A stretch of DNA of 43,197 nt from a virus (lineage: Duplodnaviria > Caudoviricetes): IMG/VR virus record IMGVR_UViG_3300037313_001003, positions 1 through 43,197 of that record; one strand, given 5' to 3'. The notes under the pieces were generated by a model. It had not been told where the DNA came from and made no database searches. It saw nothing but the letters and a program-made list of their open reading frames with translations. Positions 36,506-43,197 of the stretch are shown here, piece by piece (positions within the stretch are counted from its first letter, which is position 1; each line of letters starts with the position of its first letter). The position numbers were made by a program, and so were the translations under genes.

Positions 36506-37706
36506 CGTACTCACACAGTCTTATTAAAAACTTATCAACCAGGCCGCAGCAGACGGCCATAGTTTGTGTGTAGTAGTGAGATGGTGTCAGAGAGCGAGTA
36601 TAAACGTGTGGGTGAAATAAAATACTAGTTACCCAGGTTTAATGATGAAGCAGAGTCGCTAATGCCTCGACCGTCTATGCTCTGTACTGGCGACGGATAG
36701 CCCATAGTACAGCGCGCTCAGGTTCGAATCCTGGCCATCTCTCTCATACACATAAACATCTGCAATACATTAAGACAGTAACAGTACTCCTTAAGAGTAG
36801 CTTGAGGGTAGTAGTGCTAGTAGTAACAAGCCTGGCGGTCATCGACTTTTGGGCTGAACCGAGTCCAGGAAAGCCCCGTGCTACTAGCTCTCATACCCTT
36901 AAGAGTTCACTTATGAGACTTTGGGTCCTTTTATAAGGCTTAGGGAGTGTTACAGCGATAGTAAGTTACGCCTAAACGAATAACTATCACCCAGAGCGTG
37001 TTTAGTGATAGGTTTACTGTCGTTAGCTGGTAGGGGCGTCAGCCTGTACGACCTCTGGTGACAAGTCGTAACTACCAGCGCTGTTACTGTCTTAATGAGT
37101 ATTACTTCGACTACAGGGCCACTGGGTAACAGGCTATAAAGGTTGAGGTCAGTTTGTCGGGACTCTCTATGCGTAATGGCGAGAGATAGATACACAGATC
37201 TGGGAAGAATCCGAAAGGAGCGTCCCGGCGGCATCTGACTTTAACTGGTTGCCCCATAGACGCCTTGTAGTTGAGGGTAGAAGTGATACTGAGGTAGTGG
37301 TACATATGAAAAGCTAGACTGAGGGGTTGCGATATCCTCCAGACGAGTGTTTTAGGATCACTGAGTTGGACACAAACAACATAACAAATACCTAGCTATG
37401 TATGAAAAGACGGTAGCAGTAGACTAGCGCCTTAGAGACGTTGCTTCATGGTTGATAAGTCATCTTATGAGGGTAACCGTGAACAGTCAACAAAGACTGA
37501 GCGGTATGGAGAGTTAGTGCTTAAAATACTAAGTCTTCATCATATCACATAGCAGACTAGCTAAGATATGAGCAAATCTACAATATGCAGAACCTAAAAC
37601 TAGGCGTATATATAAGAATATAAGCAGGAGGATATTGCAGGAATAGTGACCGGAGCACCGCACCTTATGAGGCCAAGACTCCCTACGTTATTAATGTAAT
37701 GTACTC
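36506..37706 (+). ncRNA. Giant structured ncRNA, copy 2 (~1.2 kb)
   Basis: Same scaffold helices as 81-1400 with different inserts; pairing-preserving changes such as CTGCCAGC vs CTACCAGC opposite GCTGGTAG and GTAAG vs ATAAG opposite CTTAT. Confidence 0.85.
36578..36741 (+). other. tRNA-like module embedded in the giant RNA
   Basis: 7-bp acceptor GAGATGG/CCATCTC and T-arm TCAGG-TTCGAAT-CCTGG with a ~130-nt non-canonical interior. Confidence 0.7.
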
Positions 37707-37723
37707 CATCAAATAAAAATCTA

Positions 37724-37752
37724 TTGTCAAAACATAATCTAAGCGAGATAAT
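37724..37752 (+). promoter_or_regulatory. Integrase promoter, unit 2
   Basis: TTGTCA-17-GATAAT. Confidence 0.65.
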
Positions 37753-37850
37753 GAGAACGCAACGGGAAGCTTAAGCGACCTAGACTCTCTGCAGGGGGAA
37801 GTCCGGCTAACATAGTCTGTACCCTGTTAAATCTCTATAAGGAAGGCATT

Positions 37851-37982
37851 ATGGTGAGAACCAAAAATGTCTGTGGCTGCCCCCATCTCTGGGTCTGGAT
37901 AAACTTCAAGAGAGAACAGCACACAGACAGTATTAGTGTACTCCTCTTTCTGTTCGACATGAAGGTGAACTATGTCAATTAG
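37851..37982 (+). CDS. Putative 43-aa uORF overlapping int, unit 2
   Basis: MVRTKNVCGCPHLWVWINFKREQHTDSISVLLFLFDMKVNYVN*. Confidence 0.5.
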   Translation: MVRTKNVCGCPHLWVWINFKREQHTDSISVLLFLFDMKVNYVN

Positions 37983-38802
37983 TGAGGCTTTTCAGTCTTA
38001 TGCTAATGACGTAATCGTGTTCAAGAATCAGAGTAAGAAGACTGAGGAGAATCACTTTATCGTCATGAAGGCGCTTATATCTCATTTTGGAGACATTGAG
38101 ATTGAGTCGCTTACTTTCCCTATGGTTCGTGACTGGAAGATGCTTCTCGACAAGACCCGTTCTGATGCTACCGTCAGGAACTACATTATTAAACTACGGG
38201 TGGTGCTGGACTACTTAGAGAAACACGGCCACAGCGGCCTGAGAGCCGATCAGGTGCCGGTTCCAAAGCGCCGGGATAAAGTGCCGACATTCCTAACTAA
38301 GCACGAAGTAACCCAGTGTATTGACGCTACTAAGCGGATTAAGAATAAGGCTATCATTGCCCTGCTCTACGCCTCTGGGATACGTATCTCCGAACTGTGT
38401 CAGCTCGATCGTGGTGAGTTAAAAGACGGCTCATTTACAGTAATTGGTAAAGGTGGTAAGGCTCGACTCTGCTTCTATGACGAGCGGGCTAATACGCTTA
38501 TTAAACTCTACTTAGAATCCAGGGAAGATAATAACCCTGCTCTCTTCTTATCAGATATGGGACTCCGGATTACGCCAGGCTGTATTCAGGAGACATTTAA
38601 GAGTGTCCGTAAGCAAACCGGCCTCGACGTCCATCCGCATACTCTTCGGCACTCTTTCGCAACCAACTTATTACAATCGAATACAAATTTGTTCCATGTA
38701 TCTAAACTCTTGGGTCATGCTCAATTGAACACCACAAGTCAGTATCTCCATGTAGTTAATGAAGACCTTCGTTCTGTATATATGAAGCATCATACGGTGT
38801 AG
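37972..38802 (+). CDS. int: Tyrosine recombinase/integrase, unit 2
   Basis: Same catalytic motifs; 55 of the first 56 residues identical to unit 1, more diverged after. Confidence 0.95.
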   Translation: MSISEAFQSYANDVIVFKNQSKKTEENHFIVMKALISHFGDIEIESLTFPMVRDWKMLLDKTRSDATVRNYIIKLRVVLDYLEKHGHSGLRADQVPVPKRRDKVPTFLTKHEVTQCIDATKRIKNKAIIALLYASGIRISELCQLDRGELKDGSFTVIGKGGKARLCFYDERANTLIKLYLESREDNNPALFLSDMGLRITPGCIQETFKSVRKQTGLDVHPHTLRHSFATNLLQSNTNLFHVSKLLGHAQLNTTSQYLHVVNEDLRSVYMKHHTV

Positions 38803-38984
38803 TGCGCTTACACTCTCCCACGGCATATTCTCCCTTTTGAGGCGGGATGGGGGTGTGGGCCTGCAATAGCCCGAAAGAAGAGATGTTTGTTTGTGTATAG
38901 ACTTCAGCAAAGAAAATCGAAGGATTGAAAGGAACGAAGGGAACGAGCCCTGAGAGAGTATAAAAGCACTAAATTGTTAAGGTA

Positions 38985-39218
38985 CTAGCGGTCTATGAGC
39001 TGGTAGAATGGATCAAAACGCTCAGGAATAACTTGTAGAAGATGCAAAGCAGTAACGCCGATCCCACCAATAACCAAAGGGCGAGTATGATGATTTTCGA
39101 GTCCTCGCTTTGCAGCATGGGTGAGCGTTTCGCTAGCCAGTAAGTCCCACGCCAGTACAAAAGCCCCAAGCGCAAGCCAACCGTATGTGCCGTTGGTAGT
39201 TTCATTAGTCCTCCTCAT
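38985..39218 (-). CDS. Small membrane protein
   Basis: Homolog of 2719-2955. Confidence 0.8.
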   Translation of the reverse strand: MRRTNETTNGTYGWLALGAFVLAWDLLASETLTHAAKRGLENHHTRPLVIGGIGVTALHLLQVIPERFDPFYQLIDR

Positions 39219-39339
39219 TATTTAGTCCTGATAAGTCGTCGATAAATATGTCATGCACCTCAACAAGGCGCGGTAGTATGATTTCTTTAACCATTGGATA
39301 GACAAACTCACGGTCAGGCTCCGGTTCATTCTCAGGCAT
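39205..39339 (-). CDS. Small hypothetical protein (44 aa, not in ORF track)
   Basis: MPENEPEPDREFVYPMVKEIILPRL...; homolog of 2942-3070. Confidence 0.65.
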   Translation of the reverse strand: MPENEPEPDREFVYPMVKEIILPRLVEVHDIFIDDLSGLNNEED

Positions 39340-39571
39340 AAACGTTCCTCAGTTTAGTTTCCTGTGGTGACCGGCTCATAACGTGCTGGAACTCATACCA
39401 TGGGTCTTGCCCTTCCGTGATGTCGTGAGCAAAGTTCGGGCCGGCATTATCTTGAACGGTCACAAAGAAATGTTCAGGGTTTGTCCGTACCATCCAGAGC
39501 GTAATAAGAAGTCCGGCGTTTCTCCGTTCTGCTAGGTCTATTACTGATTCGTCTGGTTGTAGTTGTTCCAT
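39332..39571 (-). CDS. Hypothetical protein
   Basis: Diverged homolog of 3063-3305. Confidence 0.7.
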   Translation of the reverse strand: MEQLQPDESVIDLAERRNAGLLITLWMVRTNPEHFFVTVQDNAGPNFAHDITEGQDPWYEFQHVMSRSPQETKLRNVYA

Positions 39572-39760
39572 GCTTTTTCCTTTAATCTGTATCCCATAAC
39601 CACGGCCAAGGCGGTTAATTAGTGCGTGACTTCTTGGAGTAAATCTAGAAGTCGTTGTGTGTCTGCTTTGCTATAGGGGTCGAGTTTGCCCTCTTTTATG
39701 ACTGTGGATAAAAACTCACAGAGCCATACCCAGTCATTCACTGGGAGGTTCACTGTGATG

Positions 39761-40009
39761 CTATTCAACATTCAGTGTCCTATAGACGGCATGCTGGTTA
39801 CTATCTGCGAGTATCCACATGCGCTCTTTTACAAGTTTCTTTAGTGCCTTTAACTGATGGCCTTCAGGTGTGGCTGCTTCTATGGTGGTAAGCAAGTCTC
39901 CTAGCGCCATGTTAGTGTTTGTGCGAAGCTGGCTTGCTATCGCTGTGCCATACTCGTACTCTTTAGTCGTATGGTCGTTCTTTTCTTTACTTTCCGATGC
40001 TGGTTGCAT
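39761..40009 (-). CDS. Hypothetical protein (unit 2 only)
   Basis: GGAGG SD; helical; no counterpart at this position in unit 1. Confidence 0.7.
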   Translation of the reverse strand: MQPASESKEKNDHTTKEYEYGTAIASQLRTNTNMALGDLLTTIEAATPEGHQLKALKKLVKERMWILADSNQHAVYRTLNVE

Positions 40010-40097
40010 AGAACTATCCTCTTCTTTTCTTGGCCGCAGATAGGGATATAGATTGTTAATTTACGAGGTAGTTTTACGACTTGCCAAGGTCGAGCTT

Positions 40098-40421
40098 TTA
40101 CTCCCAATCTGGGGGGAAGTTACTGCTTCTTATATCTTTATAGTGAAATTCCTCGAACACCTCCCGATCCATATCTGAGATGTTGGGTAGGTTGAGGTGT
40201 ACGGTGAATTCCTTATCGAGCATGTACTCTGCTACTTCATTAAAGGTAGAGTTAGAGTTCCATAAGTAATGACCGGAATTTGAACCATCGTCTTCAGTCG
40301 AAACAATAAAGACATGGTCGTAACAAGCGAGCTCACCCATAAACGTGTATAAATAGGTGTTCTCTCTGGTGCCTTCGAGTTCTTGACCGCCAAAGGTGAA
40401 TTTAATGCGTGGCTCAGACAT
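40098..40421 (-). CDS. Acidic hypothetical protein (unit 2 only)
   Basis: Coupled to exonuclease stop. Confidence 0.7.
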   Translation of the reverse strand: MSEPRIKFTFGGQELEGTRENTYLYTFMGELACYDHVFIVSTEDDGSNSGHYLWNSNSTFNEVAEYMLDKEFTVHLNLPNISDMDREVFEEFHYKDIRSSNFPPDWE

Positions 40422-41211
40422 ACTTCATCCGCTCTTCTGATTGCCTAAACTCAGCGACTCGCGCTTTCATGGGGTGTCCACAATCGCCACAGCGGAAGTA
40501 CTGATACTTGTTGGCTTTGGTTGAGGCGTACTTCATACCGGCTTTGATGTTTTCTGAAAGACAAACCCGACAAGCGTTCGGCCGTTCGGCGAGCACGTTC
40601 ATTGCGGGGTGATTCTTGATCCACGGGCGGAGTTCTAAATACAAGGCTTCCAGAGATTCAATATCTCCCTTGTTGTACTTCTTCATGTGTTTCCAGGCTT
40701 TCTTATCGCCTGCCATACAGCCGTCCCAGGTCTTCATACCGCCGGCGTCGAGCTTGTGCTGGAGTTCCAAAGACTTGCAGAGGTCTGACAGCTTATTAGA
40801 GGTATGAGCGCCGCTACGCTTGGCTTCTAGCTTGGTGTCTATCTGGGCGTACGGCATCGGCGGGTATAAATGGTGGATCTGCATCCGAGCTTGTACCTTC
40901 TTTTGATCGAAGGAATTGCCATTGTGAGCGATAACCACATCGGCTTTAGTGAAGAGGTCGGCCAGGTACTCAACCACTTTGCGGTCGTTCGACTTGTCAC
41001 GCTTGTAATCTAGGGGGAAGTCAGGTAATGCAACGACAGTGACTTTCTTATCCCCGAGCCACTTGTAAGCAAAACAGAGGATGTACCAGTCGTTGACGAT
41101 TCTGCGTTCGATAGGGCGGTCATCCCAGAGTCCCCATCGTTTTTCAGTTGTTTCTATATACGAAGTCTCGATATCGTACAGTAAGATGCGCGGATTAGGC
41201 TGCTTGTTCAT
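40414..41211 (-). CDS. DnaQ/RNase H-like exonuclease with Zn ribbon
   Basis: DIET, AHNGNSFD, YNKGD, CRVC...CGDC. Confidence 0.85.
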   Translation of the reverse strand: MNKQPNPRILLYDIETSYIETTEKRWGLWDDRPIERRIVNDWYILCFAYKWLGDKKVTVVALPDFPLDYKRDKSNDRKVVEYLADLFTKADVVIAHNGNSFDQKKVQARMQIHHLYPPMPYAQIDTKLEAKRSGAHTSNKLSDLCKSLELQHKLDAGGMKTWDGCMAGDKKAWKHMKKYNKGDIESLEALYLELRPWIKNHPAMNVLAERPNACRVCLSENIKAGMKYASTKANKYQYFRCGDCGHPMKARVAEFRQSEERMKYV

Positions 41212-41590
41212 AAATACCCTCTACAGCTATAAAACCTAGCTGCTTAGTTAAGTGATTACCGATACGTTCAGAACGTCCGGCTATTCGTGGTGAGGTGTGT
41301 GTTTCAGCTTGCTCATAGAAGTATTGAATTGCAGCTTCTATGCCCCAGGTTCCGAGTCGTTGTTCGCGTGGTGTATTGTCTAAAATGTCTACCAGTTCGT
41401 GCATCTGACTACGGGTCGGTTTCGGCGGCCCATAGAACAGTTCATGGTGGAGGTCACGGTGCGCTTGTACATCCATTTTTATGATTAACCCCCTGTTATT
41501 TCGGAAGCGCTTCTCCATGGCCTCGCGGTAGACGCGGCGGTGGTAGAACGCATGGTGGTGGTTCTGGTCGTATGACTCAGAACACGCCAT
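41195..41590 (-). CDS. His-rich hypothetical protein
   Basis: Positional diverged homolog of 4109-4417. Confidence 0.65.
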   Translation of the reverse strand: MACSESYDQNHHHAFYHRRVYREAMEKRFRNNRGLIIKMDVQAHRDLHHELFYGPPKPTRSQMHELVDILDNTPREQRLGTWGIEAAIQYFYEQAETHTSPRIAGRSERIGNHLTKQLGFIAVEGIYEQAA

Positions 41591-41594
41591 TGCT

Positions 41595-41870
41595 TTAGCT
41601 CTTCCGTCCTAGCGCTAAGCTAAGAAGTACTGGCACAATTTGCGTTCTGATGGCTGCAAGCCCCGCTCCCACAGCGCCAGCAATGGTTAACTGAACCTCG
41701 GCGGCTGAGTGTGCAGCTAATATATGAGCAGCAAAGTACGCCGATGCTACCTGCCAGGCTGTATGAAAAGCCCTGTCGGCCGCTGGATGGGCGATAAGCC
41801 AAGCGTTCACTGCGCGAACCGTAGATATAATCGAATAAGTAACTCGGGCTAAAAAAGCTTTAATTTTCAT
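41595..41870 (-). CDS. Putative holin
   Basis: RAFHTAWQ motif, hydrophobic, after endolysin. Confidence 0.7.
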   Translation of the reverse strand: MKIKAFLARVTYSIISTVRAVNAWLIAHPAADRAFHTAWQVASAYFAAHILAAHSAAEVQLTIAGAVGAGLAAIRTQIVPVLLSLALGRKS

Positions 41871-41879
41871 GATTACTCC

Positions 41880-42680
41880 TTACTTGAAAACACTAGTTAG
41901 TTTGCTCAGTATTGATTGGACTATTTCGAGTATTTGTTTAAGCAGTGTGTTGTTCTCCTTAACTACTGCGTTAGTGTCATCAACGGGTACGGGAGCGGGT
42001 GGAATGGTGGGCGGTGGTGGTACAGGAACTTCGACAGGTGCCGGTACTGGCTCTGGTACAGGAGCCGGTGTTGGTTGTGGTTGGACAGCGTGATAGCCGT
42101 ACTTCTTCAGAACGTCTAAAGATACGAAACAGGCGTTCGTGTCGAGTGGTGAGCCTTGGTACTGGTGAATAATGTAAGGAGGCGTGTTCGGTATGTCCTG
42201 GTCTGGCGAATAGCGGTAATCTGCGAGCCATAGGCCACAGTTCTTTAATACGTCCTTAAAGCCGTACTGCTGGAGCATTGAGGTGTAGGTGTAGAACAAC
42301 GGCCATACGCCGGTCTTTTCGTGTACTCGATTTACAAATGCTAAACACCAAGCGTTAGGGTCTGCTGGTGGGTTCATACTTGCAGTGAGTTCGTAGTCGA
42401 GAATAAGGATGTCACCGTGAGCGAGTGGAGAACATGCACCGATAAAGAAATCAGCTTCTTGGATAGGGTCTGCCCCACCGGCGAAGTGGTAGAGGCCAGG
42501 AACCTTGCCTAAGCGGATAGCGTTATTGTAGTTTCGAGCAGCCTGGGTGTCGTAATAGCCCTGCTTACTTCCGTAGTAGAAACCGCTCATCTTCATAAAG
42601 ACGATGGGTGACTGGTCAGCGTCCATGTTGTATTGACCCTGGGCGTACGAAACATCAAAGAACTTAATATAGTTAGACAT
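41880..42680 (-). CDS. Endolysin, GH25 muramidase with Pro-rich linker
   Basis: DVSYAQG, GLYHF, LDYE, LWLADY, DTN motifs. Confidence 0.9.
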   Translation of the reverse strand: MSNYIKFFDVSYAQGQYNMDADQSPIVFMKMSGFYYGSKQGYYDTQAARNYNNAIRLGKVPGLYHFAGGADPIQEADFFIGACSPLAHGDILILDYELTASMNPPADPNAWCLAFVNRVHEKTGVWPLFYTYTSMLQQYGFKDVLKNCGLWLADYRYSPDQDIPNTPPYIIHQYQGSPLDTNACFVSLDVLKKYGYHAVQPQPTPAPVPEPVPAPVEVPVPPPPTIPPAPVPVDDTNAVVKENNTLLKQILEIVQSILSKLTSVFK

Positions 42681-43101
42681 TAGCTTCCTCCTTTTTTGCT
42701 ATGTATCTTGCGTGCCAATAGTCTTTAGTTGATTGTTTAGCGTTGTATCGTCTCCAAGAGGCAGTTCGACAGGTCTTGCAGTAGCGTTGCTTTGCGTTCC
42801 TGCCGTCCAATGGATGCCCTTTAGCGCATTTATCCAGATTGTCGTAGTATTGTTTCGCTTTTACATTGGCGTGAAGTGCTTGGTGTTCACTTCTAGTCAT
42901 AGGTGTGAGGTGGTCAGGATTTACGCACCACTTGTTTTCGCATTCATGATGAATAACCAAGTCGCTGCTAATAAGTCCGTGTTTATCCATATATGCGAGA
43001 CGGTGCTGCGGGTACGTAACACCGTTTCGGGTCTTACGGTAGTAACCTCTGTGAATTGTGCCAGTGCCTCTTTTGCAAGGAGTGTCGTGAAAGGTAATCA
43101 T
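42673..43101 (-). CDS. HNH homing-type endonuclease (unit 2 only)
   Basis: HRLAY, IHHEC.NKWCVNPDHL, CAKGH...CKTC. Confidence 0.88.
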   Translation of the reverse strand: MITFHDTPCKRGTGTIHRGYYRKTRNGVTYPQHRLAYMDKHGLISSDLVIHHECENKWCVNPDHLTPMTRSEHQALHANVKAKQYYDNLDKCAKGHPLDGRNAKQRYCKTCRTASWRRYNAKQSTKDYWHARYIAKKEEANV

Positions 43102-43197
43102 TTATCCCCTCTTTAATCCTTTAACTGCTGCGTATATAGCGAATAGTGATGCTAAGACACCGATTGCCGCTTTAACGAGAGCGACTTCCCGACGGGT
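43101..43197 (-). CDS. Partial coiled-coil/TM lysis-associated protein
   Basis: 3' end homologous to 5352-5585 (TRREVALVKAAIGVLASLFAIYAAVKGLKRG). Confidence 0.75.

Larger units (their letters stand above)
36216..43197. mobile_element. Related phage/prophage unit 2 (partial, runs off the window)
   Basis: Same order as unit 1 (sRNA, giant ncRNA, integrase, exonuclease, holin, endolysin) but with many synonymous changes and non-homologous gene swaps. Confidence 0.88.

Noticed and set aside
36578-36741. tmRNA or a functional tRNA; also GCCATCT/AGATGG similarity to the tRNA-Thr fragment
   Set aside because: No G3-U70, CCA or canonical anticodon arm; the 7-nt similarity is too short to separate from chance.
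41975-42085. Repetitive GGT/GCC-rich tract
   Set aside because: Encodes the Pro/Val/Ala linker of the GH25 endolysin.
36426-43197. Simple assembly duplication of unit 1
   Set aside because: Numerous synonymous substitutions, different RNA inserts and different genes show a distinct genome; a two-strain chimera remains possible and is noted in findings.

Overview
The window holds one nearly complete ~36.4-kb temperate phage unit (<1 to ~36260) followed head-to-tail by the first ~7 kb of a related but diverged second unit (~36216 to >43197). The phage looks podovirus-like: terminase, portal, scaffold, N4-gp56-type capsid, adaptor/nozzle, large ejection proteins and no tape measure gene. The host is plausibly Patescibacteria/Saccharibacteria, inferred mainly from the SSB N-terminus. 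The units meet at an attP-like site carrying only the 5' ~46 nt of tRNA-Thr(GGU). Nearly all genes lie on the minus strand; the plus strand carries an ~80-nt sRNA, a ~1.2-1.3-kb structured non-coding RNA and a tyrosine integrase. The two copies allow direct comparison, which gives the main results. (1) The giant RNA has a conserved base-paired scaffold with five positions where unrelated, self-folding modules are swapped, one of them tRNA-like; this resembles GOLLD architecture but is unverified. (2) No CI-type repressor is recognisable. Instead a near-consensus leftward promoter lies across att from the genes it would drive, and a divergent sRNA is complementary to a hairpin in that leader, suggesting an integration- and RNA-based lysis/lysogeny switch. 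Other oddities: a terminase split around an RmlA-like gene, a glycosyltransferase among virion genes, a conserved uORF overlapping int, repeated promoter-leader-terminator cassettes, swapped endolysin classes and an SSB with an internal stop. All calls are by eye; no searches or folding programs were run.
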